Shown here: piece after piece, positions 52,294 through 64,000 of the stretch
How the letters are laid out: each line of letters starts with the position of its first letter
Numbering within the stretch: position 1 is the stretch's first letter
Origin: the human T2T-CHM13v2.0 reference genome, Homo sapiens
Reading direction: 5' to 3' (one strand)
Length of the DNA: 64,000 nucleotides
NCBI RefSeq assembly: GCF_009914755.1
Contig: NC_060941.1
Translations under genes and position numbers: made by a program
The notes under the pieces: generated by a model
What the model saw: the letters and a program-made list of their open reading frames with translations, nothing else
Database searches by the model: none
Told to the model about the DNA's origin: nothing

Positions 52294-53383
52294 TCAGCTT
52301 GAACACTTTTCTTTCTTTTTTTCCAAATGTTTTATTTATTTATTTTTGTAGAGATGGGGAGTTGCCATGTTGCCCAGGCTGGTCTCAAACTCCCAGTCTC
52401 AAGGGATCCTCCTGGCTCAACCTCCCAAAATGCTATGATTACAGATGTTGTAATCCCAGCACTTTGAGAGGCCAATGAGGGTGACTCACCTGAGGTCAGT
52501 TCAAGATTAGCCTGGCCAACAAGGCAAAACCCAGTCGCTACTAAAAATACAAAAATTAGCCAGGCGTGGTGGTGTGCACTTACAATTCCAGCTACTCTGA
52601 AGGCTGGGGCACAAAAATCGCTTGAACCCAGGAGGCGGACGTTGCAGTGAGCCGAGATTGCGCCACTGCACTCCAGCCTAAATGACAGTAAGACTGTCAA
52701 AAAAAAAAAAAAAACCCGTTTTGCTTTTTTTTTTTGAGATGGAGTTTCACTCTGTCGCCCAGGGGAACATCCTTGTCCATATATACATATACATATATAT
52801 ATATATTTTTTTTTTCTTTTCTTTTCTTTTTTTGAGACAGAGGCTCACCCTGTCACCCAGGCTGGAGTGCACTGGCACAAACTCAGCTCACTGCAACCTC
52901 CGCCTGATGGGTTCAAGTGATTCTCCTGCCTCAGCTCCTTGAGTAGCTGGGATTACAGGTGCCCACCACCATGCCCAGCTAATTTTTATATTTATAAAGA
53001 GATGGGGTTTCGCTATGTTGGCCAGGCTGATCTCGAACTCCTGACCTCAAGCGATCCACTCACCTGGGCCTCCCAAAGTGCTGGGATTACAGGCGTGAGC
53101 CACCACGCCCGGCCAAAAAAGTGGACTTTTAATGAGAGCACTGGCCTAGAGGAGAGCTCTGTGGAGGTCCTGATTCTGTTATGAGTTTTGGGGTTTGTGT
53201 TTATATAGTTTTATGCTGTTAAGTTCAGAATTTTTACCATAAAAAGAAAGGAGGAATTTATATCCCACAAGCCCAGTAAGAAAGTCCAGTATAACTAAGT
53301 TAAGGATAAAAAGCTACCAAAAAGAGGAACAAAATATATTAACGAGGTGGTAATATTTACAGTACATACTGTCCCTGTTATAC

Positions 53384-53510
53384 CTGTAGCCACTGCAGTA
53401 ACAAACTTGGATCCAAAATGTCCGTCTGGAGAGAGCCGGCACATGTTGGGATGCTTGTTCTGGAAGTCTCCTGCAGTGATGCACTCTTCTGAACTTAGGA
53501 AATAGGTGTC
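53384..53510 (-). CDS. NPLOC4: NPLOC4 exon 11 ([10 protein letters not shown]...FVTAVAT)
   Basis: AG 53511-53512; donor CAG|GTATAA; 127 nt; conserved SKFVT. Confidence 0.96.
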
Positions 53511-54512
53511 CTAAGACAAGAGAAGCAGCCTATCAAATTTTACAGCATCATGCCAAAATATACTTCTATTTCTTCTTTAAAAAATAAGAACTAAGCCAGG
53601 AGCAGTGACTCACACCTCTAATTCCAGCACTTTGAGAGGTGGAGGCGGGAGGTCCACTTGAGGACAAGAGTTCGAGACCAGCCTGGCCAACACACCAAAA
53701 CCTGGTCTCTACTAAAAATAAAAAAATTATCTGGGTATGGTGGTGCACACCTGAACCCAGGAGGAGGAAGCTGTAGTGAGCCGAGATTGTGCCATTGCAC
53801 TCCAACCTGTGCAACACAGCAAGACTCTGTCTCAAAAAAATAAAAATAAAAAATAAGAACCAAACTATAAAACTCAAAACCACTTTGAAACAAGTATCTA
53901 CAATTCCTAACCATTACCAATTCCTCATCTAAAACCACTCACGACTAGAAAGGCCAGAAGCACTATGCAAACCACCCCGCCATGGGCTGAGCCCTGAAAA
54001 TCACTGCTTTATAAAGGTAAGATGGGTTTAGCTCTATGAGACCAAGAGATCCGGCCTTCATTGATCAAGAAGAACTTCTTGAAAAATAATGGGGCCTGAG
54101 GGCTGGGCATGGTGGCTCACACCTGTAATCCCAGCACTCTGGGAGGCCAAGGCAGGCAGATCACAAGGTCGAGATCAAGACCATCCTGGCTAACACAGTG
54201 AAACCCCATCTCTATTAAAAATACAAAAAAATTAGCTGGGCATGGTGGCAGGCGCCTGTAGTCCCAGCTTCTCCTGAGGCTGAGGCAGGAGAATGGCGTG
54301 AACCCAGGAGGCATTGCTAGCGGTGAGCAGAGATTGCGCCAATGCACTCCAGCCTGGGCAAAAGAGCAAGACTCCGTCTCAAAAAATACAAATAAATAAA
54401 TAATGGGGCCTGAAAGCTAGAACCAGCGGTGCAAAGAGACCCTGATAATGCAGGCCAACACCATCTGTAACCAAGCCATAGGGCCACACGCACAGTCCTG
54501 TCTCCACCTCAC

Positions 54513-54584
54513 CTTATTTCGACTGTAGCGGACGGTACCCTTTCGTGTATCTTCTGAGACGAGGTCTGTAAATATCCAGCCAAC
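54513..54584 (-). CDS. NPLOC4: NPLOC4 exon 10 ([10 protein letters not shown]...YSRNK)
   Basis: AG 54585-54586; donor AAG|GTGAGG; 72 nt; VGWIFTD motif of the MPN-like domain. Confidence 0.96.
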
Positions 54585-54739
54585 CTTAAAAAAAGGAAAG
54601 TAGCTTTTAAACATCTCCTCAAGATAGACGATGAATGGCTGGGCGCAGTGACTCACGCCTATAATCACAGCACTTTGAGAGGCCGAGGCAGGAGAATCAC
54701 GAGGTTAAGAGATCGAGACCATCCTGGCCAATACAGTGA

Positions 54740-54889
<150 letters not shown>

Positions 54890-54940
54890 TAAAAATACAA
54901 AATTAGTTGGGGTGGTGGCGCATGCCTGTAATCCCAGCTA

Positions 54941-55099
<159 letters not shown>

Positions 55100-55258
55100 T
55101 CACGCCTGTAATTCCAACACTTCGGGAGGCCAAGACGGTGGATCACGAGGTCAGGAGATCAAGACCATCCTGGCTAACACGGTGAAATCCCGTCTCTACT
55201 AAAAATAGAAAAAAATTAGCCGGGCGCGGTGGCGGGTGCCTGTAGTCCCAGCTACTCA

Positions 55259-55423
<165 letters not shown>

Positions 55424-56268
55424 TTAAAAAGAATGTTCTCAGTCAGAAACTCCTTTTTGTGAGCCAGGTGAATCTACATCAACAGGTTCCTCAAGTAAGA
55501 TGCCAAGCCACACCCAGGGATCTCCATCTCTGTTCAGTAGAAACTGGCCACCCTCCCTCTGGTGCTGCTGGGTTAGAGATGAGTTTCCTCAGCACCAGCT
55601 CTGCCCAGCACCATGCTGGGTGCAAGAGACACAGCAGTGAGTGAGACCAACAGAAGGTGAGTGAAAAAGGCACTTAAACTCCCAAGAGGAAGACAGACAA
55701 CAAGCAAGCAAATAAACATTTCAGAGAGTAGGTCTTTCCTGACAAGCTAAGAAAAAGGATTCCTAGAGAAAGGCACATAATACAAAAGGGGTAATATAAT
55801 GCAGACTTCACACAGCTGCTCCTGGGAGCTCCACCTCAAGGCCGGAAGGAAGCATCTGAGGGTATGAGGATCTGAAACCTGTGACCCAGCAACCCCTGCA
55901 CGTTCAGTGTAGCAGTGCCTGTGTGCTGTGTGATCCTTAGGCCCGCCTCTGCCTGTGAATTCCTGCACCAGAAGCCCGTCACGAGGCCACAGGAGCAGCA
56001 GTTGAGTCCCGGCAATTGTCACTTCTGTCCTCGGGAAGGATCTGCGGCCCATGACCCTCTCCAGCACTACCTGACACACAACTCTTCCCATCCACCCCCA
56101 GCAGACATGACTAGCCCACTGGGAGACTTTCACTGTCTTTAAAGATGCCCCAATGAATGAAAAACCCAAGGTGGTGGCAACAGAGAAAATGAAACTTAAA
56201 GGGTTAATTATGCAGTAAATAAAGCAAAATCAAAATCAAACTGAGAAAAATTAGGGCTTAGAAACTCA

Positions 56269-56604
<336 letters not shown>

Positions 56605-57607
56605 TTATTTAAGTAATTTCAAGATTATGAACTGTAAGATTATAACAAATTAGGTCAAAAAATTGGACCAATCTCTTTTAAACAAGAGAACTTCCAGAAT
56701 TTGAACCCAAATATGCCCCTAAATCAAGATGCTGACTCCTTGTTAGAAACAGGATGTTTCTTTCCTAAAGACAGTAAAACTGTGTGGACTGCTCACTGAC
56801 ACTACTAGGTTTTAAGTCACATTTGCAGTCTCACCCCCTTCATCTGTAGAGAAGATTAAATAATCTAGAGATTATTTTTCATGGTCTGAGTTGATTAGGA
56901 AATAAAGGATAAAACATACTTATTAACATTAAACTCGTAAGATATGTTCAAATTCATGGCTCTACATGAATTTATTAAAATTGTTCCTGGGAACTGTATC
57001 AATGTCAGATAAACCAGATCAATAGAATAAAAAAGGAAATCCTTTTCTCATCTTCTAACTGTTCCATGAAACTCGGAAGAATTGTAGGCTCAGAGAGCTA
57101 AATTATAAACAGGAAATTAAATGATGATTGATGACGGAGCAGCAGAAGCTCCAAGTGCATGGCACAGAACATGAACACTGTCAATGGAATGTCAGCCTTG
57201 ACTGTCCTCGGCTTCCAAGCTACATGAAGGGAGAGCTCAGGTAGAAGGGACACACATGCACAGAGGAGCCAGCAGGGGTGCGGCTGGGGTCTGTTTCCCA
57301 CTTGAAGCAGTCCTCATGAAGTGTGGCTGGAAGGCTGAAATATAACAGCCAGATCTGCACTGGGATTTTTTTTTTTTTATGCTCAAGAAAATGTTCTCAT
57401 TTTAGTTTAAGTCAGAGGAACATAAAGGTTATTGGTGCCCAACAAACATATGTGAAGTTTCAAAACATATAGTGCCTGCACCTGACCTTGTGCAGCCGGA
57501 GAGAGCCAGTACCCGACACAGCCCGGCCACTCTCCCAACTCCCCCTGGCCTGGATGCCCAACAGAGCCTGGCCACGCCCCCTGCTTGGCTGCCGGATGCC
57601 TCAGTAC

Positions 57608-57694
57608 CTTCCGCAGGCCAAGTTTGGCAGCAATTTCATCGACCACTTCAGCTTTTGGATCCTCAAGAAGCTCCAAGCTGTTCTGTGTACCAAT
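57608..57694 (-). CDS. NPLOC4: NPLOC4 exon 9 (IGTQNSLELL...KLGLRK)
   Basis: AG 57695-57696; donor AAG|GTACTG; 87 nt. Confidence 0.95.
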
Positions 57695-58966
57695 CTGCAG
57701 GGAATCAAAGGGAGAAGATGGACTTAGAGCAGAGGGCTCAGGAAGCAGCACCCCAAGCCCTTCCACTTCCAGCTCTAGGTCACAAGGAGTGCTGGGGGCC
57801 TCCTTGTCAGAAAGGAGAACTATAGCCACAGATAAAACACATGCGACACGCCTCCCGGCTTCTCTCCTTCTCGGGTTGTGCTGCACCTCTTACCAGGGCT
57901 GCAAAACATGTGGCATGCAGGGCCCAGCTGATGTGTGCTGCACAGCTCTGCATCAGGAGCACTCAGGACTAAGGCAAGGCAAGGTCTACACACTCTGCCT
58001 GTTTTAAAAGTTCCTTCATCAGGGAATTAAGTTACTTTCAAACTTCCTTGGATAAGTAGCTTCACTCCAAACAGGTTTGGCTAAATTAGGCAAGACTCAA
58101 ACTGTAAGGTAACATCCATTCCCACAAAACAGCCTTGGAAAATCTGTGTGCCACTCCTGCAGAGACAATGCTTGGCTTCACAGCTAAGATACTCAGTTAC
58201 AGGGACACTATGAACTCCACAGAGAGCGATGAGCTCACCAACCCTAAGGAAGGGAAAAGGTGTTCAAAAATCAACCACCTCCTTTCATCTGGCACAGGGC
58301 AGTCGATGAGTTGTAGCTTCGACTGGCTCCCATGCAACTGAAACCAACCACAGCACATCACTTCCCAGAGTGGACCAAGCTTACCGAAATCATTAATGTT
58401 CACTTAAATGTAGCTTGCGGGTCATTCAAAGGTATCATTCTATGCAGAAACCCCAGCCATAAGAATAGGAAAGGTAAAGGTAATCTCAAATTGAGTTACA
58501 GTAACTGGGCATATCCTTGTAAATTAGTGAAAATCTGGCAAACCACAAAGAAGTTTACGTTTGCTGGGTATTACCCATATGGAGGTCATTAATACCTCCA
58601 GAACGTAGGTTAAATCACAAACTCAGAGAAAAAGCTAAGGAAAAGGAGTTGTTTAATGACATGTGGCAGCATAAGCTGCATAAGCAAATTTTTGTGTGTG
58701 TATTTTTAGTAGAAACGGGGTTTTGCCATGTCAGCCAGGCTAGTCTTGAACTCCTGGCCTCAAGTGATCTGCCTTGCCCCTACAAAGTGCTGGGATTATA
58801 GATGTGAGCCACCACGGCTGGCCTCAATTATACTTTTAATAGAACCGTTGAGCTCTCCATGAAAGAGACCCTTTAAAAAAACTGAATCTGAATACTGTGT
58901 GCTTCGAAAAGCAGCATCCTGAGTACAGCACAGTGACCTAAGGGTTGAGACTTCACTGGCGGGGTC

Positions 58967-58986
58967 TCTACTGCCATCTAGTGTCT
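58967..58986 (-). promoter_or_regulatory. Candidate CTCF motif
   Basis: Minus strand reads ACACTAGATGGCAGTAG, close to consensus CCASYAGRKGGCRS. Confidence 0.55.
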
Positions 58987-59862
58987 CTTTTTAAAAGAAC
59001 CATGGCAAAGGCCTCATGAAACACTACATCTATTGCTATACAAAGATACCAAAAATGTCACTGAAAATCCGTATAAATACAGCCAAGAAAGACACACATT
59101 TGTGCAGGGGCCACTAGCAAGCCTGTACACCAGCTGTTACCCATGCATAGCCTGCAGTTTCAGACTCTGATCAGCAAACTCTGAAAGCAGCTGCAGGGCA
59201 CCCCAGCCTGCCTCCCAGGCAGGTTATCTAAATAGGAGGCTAGCCATCCGGTGATCTCCACAAGACAGTGTTAGGTGGAAAAAGTGCACATATTATACGT
59301 ACAAAGAAACAAAGAAGGGGGATAGTATGAATGTGCGTGCATGCATGCGTGTGTGTATGTGCTTACACTAAAAATGTCACATACAAAAAAAACAAAACTA
59401 GCCAGGCTCAGTGGCATACACCGACAGTCCCAGCTACTTGGGAGAAAGAGGTAAGAGGATCTCGCTCAGGAGCGAGACCTTGTTTCAAAACAAAACAAAA
59501 CAAACAAACAAACAAACAAAAAACAAACTTTTGCCAAGCACAATGGCTTATGCTGGTAATTCTAGTACTTTAGGAGGCCAAGGCAGTAGGATCACTTGAG
59601 GCCAGGAGTTTGAGACCAGCGTGGGCCACACAGAGACCCTCCCTGTATAAAAAAAAAAATTAAACAATTAAACAATTAAAAAAAAATCAGGCCGGGCGCA
59701 GTGGCTCACGCCTATAATCCCAACACTTTGTGAGGCTGAGGCGGGTGGATCACGAGGTCAGGAGTTTGAGACCAGCCTGACCAACATGGTGAAACCCTGT
59801 CTCTACTAAAATTACAAAAATTAGCCAGGCGTGGTGGCGGCACCTGTAATCCCAGCTATTCA

Positions 59863-59991
<129 letters not shown>

Positions 59992-60139
59992 TCAAACTTC
60001 AGGAAGTCCAACTAAAAAGATTTAGGCTGAGCATGGTGGCTTATGCTTGTAATCCCAGAATTTTGGTAGGCTGAGGCGAGTGAACTGTGTGAGCCCAGGA
60101 GTTCCAGACAAGCCTGGGTAACATGGCGAGATCTGTCTC

Positions 60140-60245
60140 CACACACACTATATATGTATATACACATACATACATATATATGTATATATACACACACATA
60201 TATATATATACACACACATATATATACACACATATATATACACAA

Positions 60246-60277
<32 letters not shown>
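60140..60277. repeat. Compound (TA)/(CA) microsatellite in the Alu middle linker
   Basis: Mixed CA/TA/TATG tract between the two arms of the Alu at ~60024-60448. Confidence 0.9.
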
Positions 60278-60278
<1 letters not shown>

Positions 60279-61808
60279 AAAAAGTCAGACATGGTGGTGC
60301 ACGCCTGTAGTCCCAGACACTTGGGAGGCTGAGGCAGGAGGATTGCTTGAGCCCAAGAGGGCTGCAATTGAGGCTGCATTGAGCCATGATGGCAGTACTG
60401 CACTCCAGCCTGAGCAACAGAGTGAGACGCTGTCTCAAAAAGAAAAAGGTTTTAAATTCTAGGGGCTACCTATAAAGGAAAGCAGGGTAAAAGGAAATGA
60501 ATATACCTTGTTTGTAAACATGACTTTGGAAATGTGCACTTTTTTTTTCTTTTCTAACTTTTAAAAATATTTCTGGCTGGGCACAGTGGCTCCTACCTGT
60601 AATCTCAACACTTCAGGAGGCCAAGATGTGAGGGTCACTTGAGGCCAGTAGTTCAAGACCAACCTGGGCAATATAGCGAGACCCTGACTCTACCAAAAAT
60701 TTAAAAACTAGCTTGGCATGGTGGCATGCACCTGTAGTCCCAGCTACTCAGAAGGCTGAGGCAGGAGGATCGCTTGAGCCCAGGAGGTCAAGGATGCAGT
60801 AAGCTATGACTGCACAACTGCACTCCAGTCTGGGCAACAGAGCAAGACTCATCTCTAAAAAATAAATAAATAAAAATTAAAAATTTCTAACATACAGCTA
60901 ATTTAAAGAATTTTACAGTGAATACTCATATACCCACCACTAGATTCACCATGAACATTTCCTATGCACTATCTGTCCCTCTAGTCACCCATCAATTCAT
61001 TTTATTTTTCTATTGGATTTCAAGTGTATTACAGACATAAATGTACTTCTCCCTAAATAGTACAGCATGCATATCATTAACTAGCATTCAATATTTGCTT
61101 ACTTTTTTACTTTTGCAATAAAATGTATGTAAAATACACTACATCATTATACATAATTACAAAACAAATTGAAATTTATATAAATATACACACACAGCCC
61201 AATTCCCAAAAACCAGAAATACAATGTGTAACTAGTTGGTGGCATAATCATACCGAGAGGGCCTTCCAATGACTTCCAAGCACAGTGACTAGATGTGCAC
61301 ACACCCTGCGGGATATACCCTCAGGACACTTCTTTCCCCTCCAAACAAATCTTAAATTGTTATCAGTCCTATTTTGGTGGCAGTTTTTGTTACTCTGGTG
61401 ACACTCTGGTGATTGGTGCTGAGGTGTGTCTGTGGCCTTCTCCATGGTTCCTAAGACAGTGACTGCTGCATGGTGGAAGAGACACAGAATGACACAAGGA
61501 CTGAGCACCTGGACACTACAGAGTCAATGAGCAAACCTGGACACAGCAGACGAGATAAAAACACTGGATCAATAGTGGCAAATGTACCGGTTGTGTAAGA
61601 AAATATCCTTATCCTTAGTAACATAAACTGAAGGTTTTAGGAGCCATGATCTCACTCTCCAATAACTCAGAAAATGTTGTGCACGTGCACCGGTGTGTGA
61701 CAAAGGGGGAACAAACAACAAAGCGAACAGGGCAAGGCCTCTCCGAAAGGGCGTCCCCCACAGCCTCCAAACACAGAAACTCAGGAACTTGAATCCCGTC
61801 ATGTTTAC

Positions 61809-61988
61809 CTGAGGTGGCTCATAAATCGCAGCCACTTCAGCCCTGATGCCAAGGGGAATGTCTTTGTGCTCCGTGTACCGTCCGTATAAGTACCCAAAAT
61901 GCTGGTTCCCTGTCTTTCTCCAGAAGTCAAGAAAGCGGTCAGCGACGGTGTGATTCTCAAACATGATATTGTCCACATGCCTGTATTT
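61809..61988 (-). CDS. NPLOC4: NPLOC4 exon 8 (KYRHVDNIMF...AIYEPPQ)
   Basis: AG 61989-61990; donor CAG|GTAAAC; 180 nt; conserved IYEPPQ. Confidence 0.97.
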
Positions 61989-62318
61989 CTGTAGAGTTAA
62001 CAAGAGTGGGCTGATGAAAACATGCCATCAAAAAGAAATCACTTGTTTTTCTAACACAAACCATTCATAAATATCTTTTACCTAGTTCTTTAAAAAACAA
62101 ACCAATAGGGTGTGATGGTGCATGCCTGTGGTCCCAGATACTCAGGAGGCCGAGGCTAGAGGATCGCTTAAGCCCAGGAGTTCAAGTCCAGCCTGGGTGA
62201 CAGAGTGAGACCCCTTGTATCTTAAAAAATAAACATCTGGGCTGGGCGCAGTGGCTCACGCCTGTAATCCCAGCACTTTGGGAGGCCAAGGCGGGCGGAT
62301 CATGAGGTCAGGAGATCA

Positions 62319-62576
<258 letters not shown>

Positions 62577-62718
62577 CTATTCTATTTAAAAATAAAAACA
62601 ATAAACATTACTTAAGAAAAAAACCAGTCAGGCGCGGTGGCTCATGCCTGTAATCCCAGCACTATGGGAGGTGAGGCAGGCGGATCTCTTGAGTCCAGGA
62701 GTTAAACCTCAAAAATTA

Positions 62719-62886
<168 letters not shown>

Positions 62887-63953
62887 CTACGGAGTGAGAC
62901 TCTGTCTCAAAAAAAAAAAAAAAATGCTCTGCCCTTTAGACCACTTCAGAGTCCAGTGGCGGGACACGGGGTTATAGGAGGATGGAGATGGGTTTCATCT
63001 ATCAATAAATTCAAAATAATTCCATTGTGATTTAACCTAAAATACAGGTTTTCACAATCTCTAGGGCAAAAAACAAACACGTTTTCTTTTTTTTTTTTTT
63101 TTGAGACGGAGTCTCACTCTGTCACCCAGGCTGGAGTGCAGTGGCGTGATTTTGGCTCACTGCAACCTCTGCCTTCAGGTTCAAGTGATTCTCCTGCCTC
63201 AGCCTCCTGAGCAACTGGGACGACAGGCGCCCATCACTACGCCCAGCTAATTTTTTGTATTTTTAGTAGAGATGGGGTTTCACCATATTGGCCAGGCTGG
63301 TCTTGAACTCCTGACCTCAGGTGATCCGCCCACCTCAACCTCCCAAAGTGCTGGGATTACAGGTGTGAGCCACCTTGCCCGGCCAAAATAAAGTAGTTTT
63401 CAAGAAGAAAAAAGGAATAGAGAATAGGAGGTTTCCAAAAAAGTCGAGGAGGCCACGGAATTCTCTCTAAGGAGCCGTTTTCTCTAAGGGCACAGCGGCA
63501 GGAGGAAGGCGAGGCAGGCTACTCAGAGGCGGGACAAGGACAGCAGAACATCCAGAAAGGCCGGAACGCTCCCTCCTTCCTGAGCCACATTCTCTCCTTA
63601 AGCCAGCCTGGACAGGTGCTCAGAGCTGGTCCAAGGGGTGCCCCTTTACCAACCTTCAGAGCCAGTTTCCTCACAACCACTGAGGATTTTAAATAATCAT
63701 CAGGAACATTCTGCCTCCATATGAGCCAGCAAAACAGAGAACTGAGGGCGCGCACTCCATATCTCCAAGAGCAAGAAGCCTTAAAAATGATATATTCAGT
63801 GTACCACTTCCACAAAAGGATCATTCAGTCCATCAAAAAGTACTGAAAATCCACCACGCATAGTGCTAATAGCATTCCACTCCAAGGGGCTCTTCTGGAA
63901 ATATCCGTTTCTCAGCCATGAAAACAAATCTAGACAGACAGGGAACATCTCAC

Positions 63954-64000
63954 CTGTCTGTTCAGCGTGATGGCGCTCGGCTGGCACTTAGTACAGATGC
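63954..64000 (-). CDS. NPLOC4: NPLOC4 exon 7, 3' part (ICTKCQPSAITLNRQ; end of the second N-terminal zinc finger), truncated by window edge
   Basis: Donor CAG|GTGAGA at 63953-63952; peptide directly precedes KYRHVD of exon 8. Confidence 0.93.

Noticed and set aside
60012-60438. CV/YI/HT-repeat ORFs
   Set aside because: Translation of the (TA)/(CA) microsatellite

Overview
Human-type genomic DNA, recognisable as the chr17q25.3 FAAP100-NPLOC4 region. Two protein-coding genes lie head-to-tail on the minus strand. FAAP100 (Fanconi anaemia core complex-associated protein 100) is present as exons 1-7 (codons 1-809, ATG at 9607 in a CpG island); its last exons lie left of the window. NPLOC4 (NPL4, p97/VCP-UFD1 cofactor) is present as its last 11 exons (the first truncated by the window edge), a ~2.4 kb 3'UTR and an AATAAA at 14180-14185. 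I rebuilt each exon from its splice dinucleotides and all phases join in frame. Introns are packed with Alus, plus L1/L2, MaLR LTR and MER8 fragments and a retroposed Y1 RNA pseudogene. I found no convincing new biological system. The best leads are splicing and regulatory hypotheses: a GC-AG intron in FAAP100, an NZF-less NPL4 read-through isoform whose 3'UTR would contain inverted Alus, an antisense Y1 pseudogene that has acquired a 5' splice site, a homeodomain-motif-dense AT-rich island, a 61-bp RUNX/ETS tandem repeat, and a possible plus-strand terminal exon overlapping the NPLOC4 3' end. Repeat boundaries and subfamilies are by eye and approximate. NPL4 exon and residue numbers assume the recalled 17-exon, 608-aa reference.
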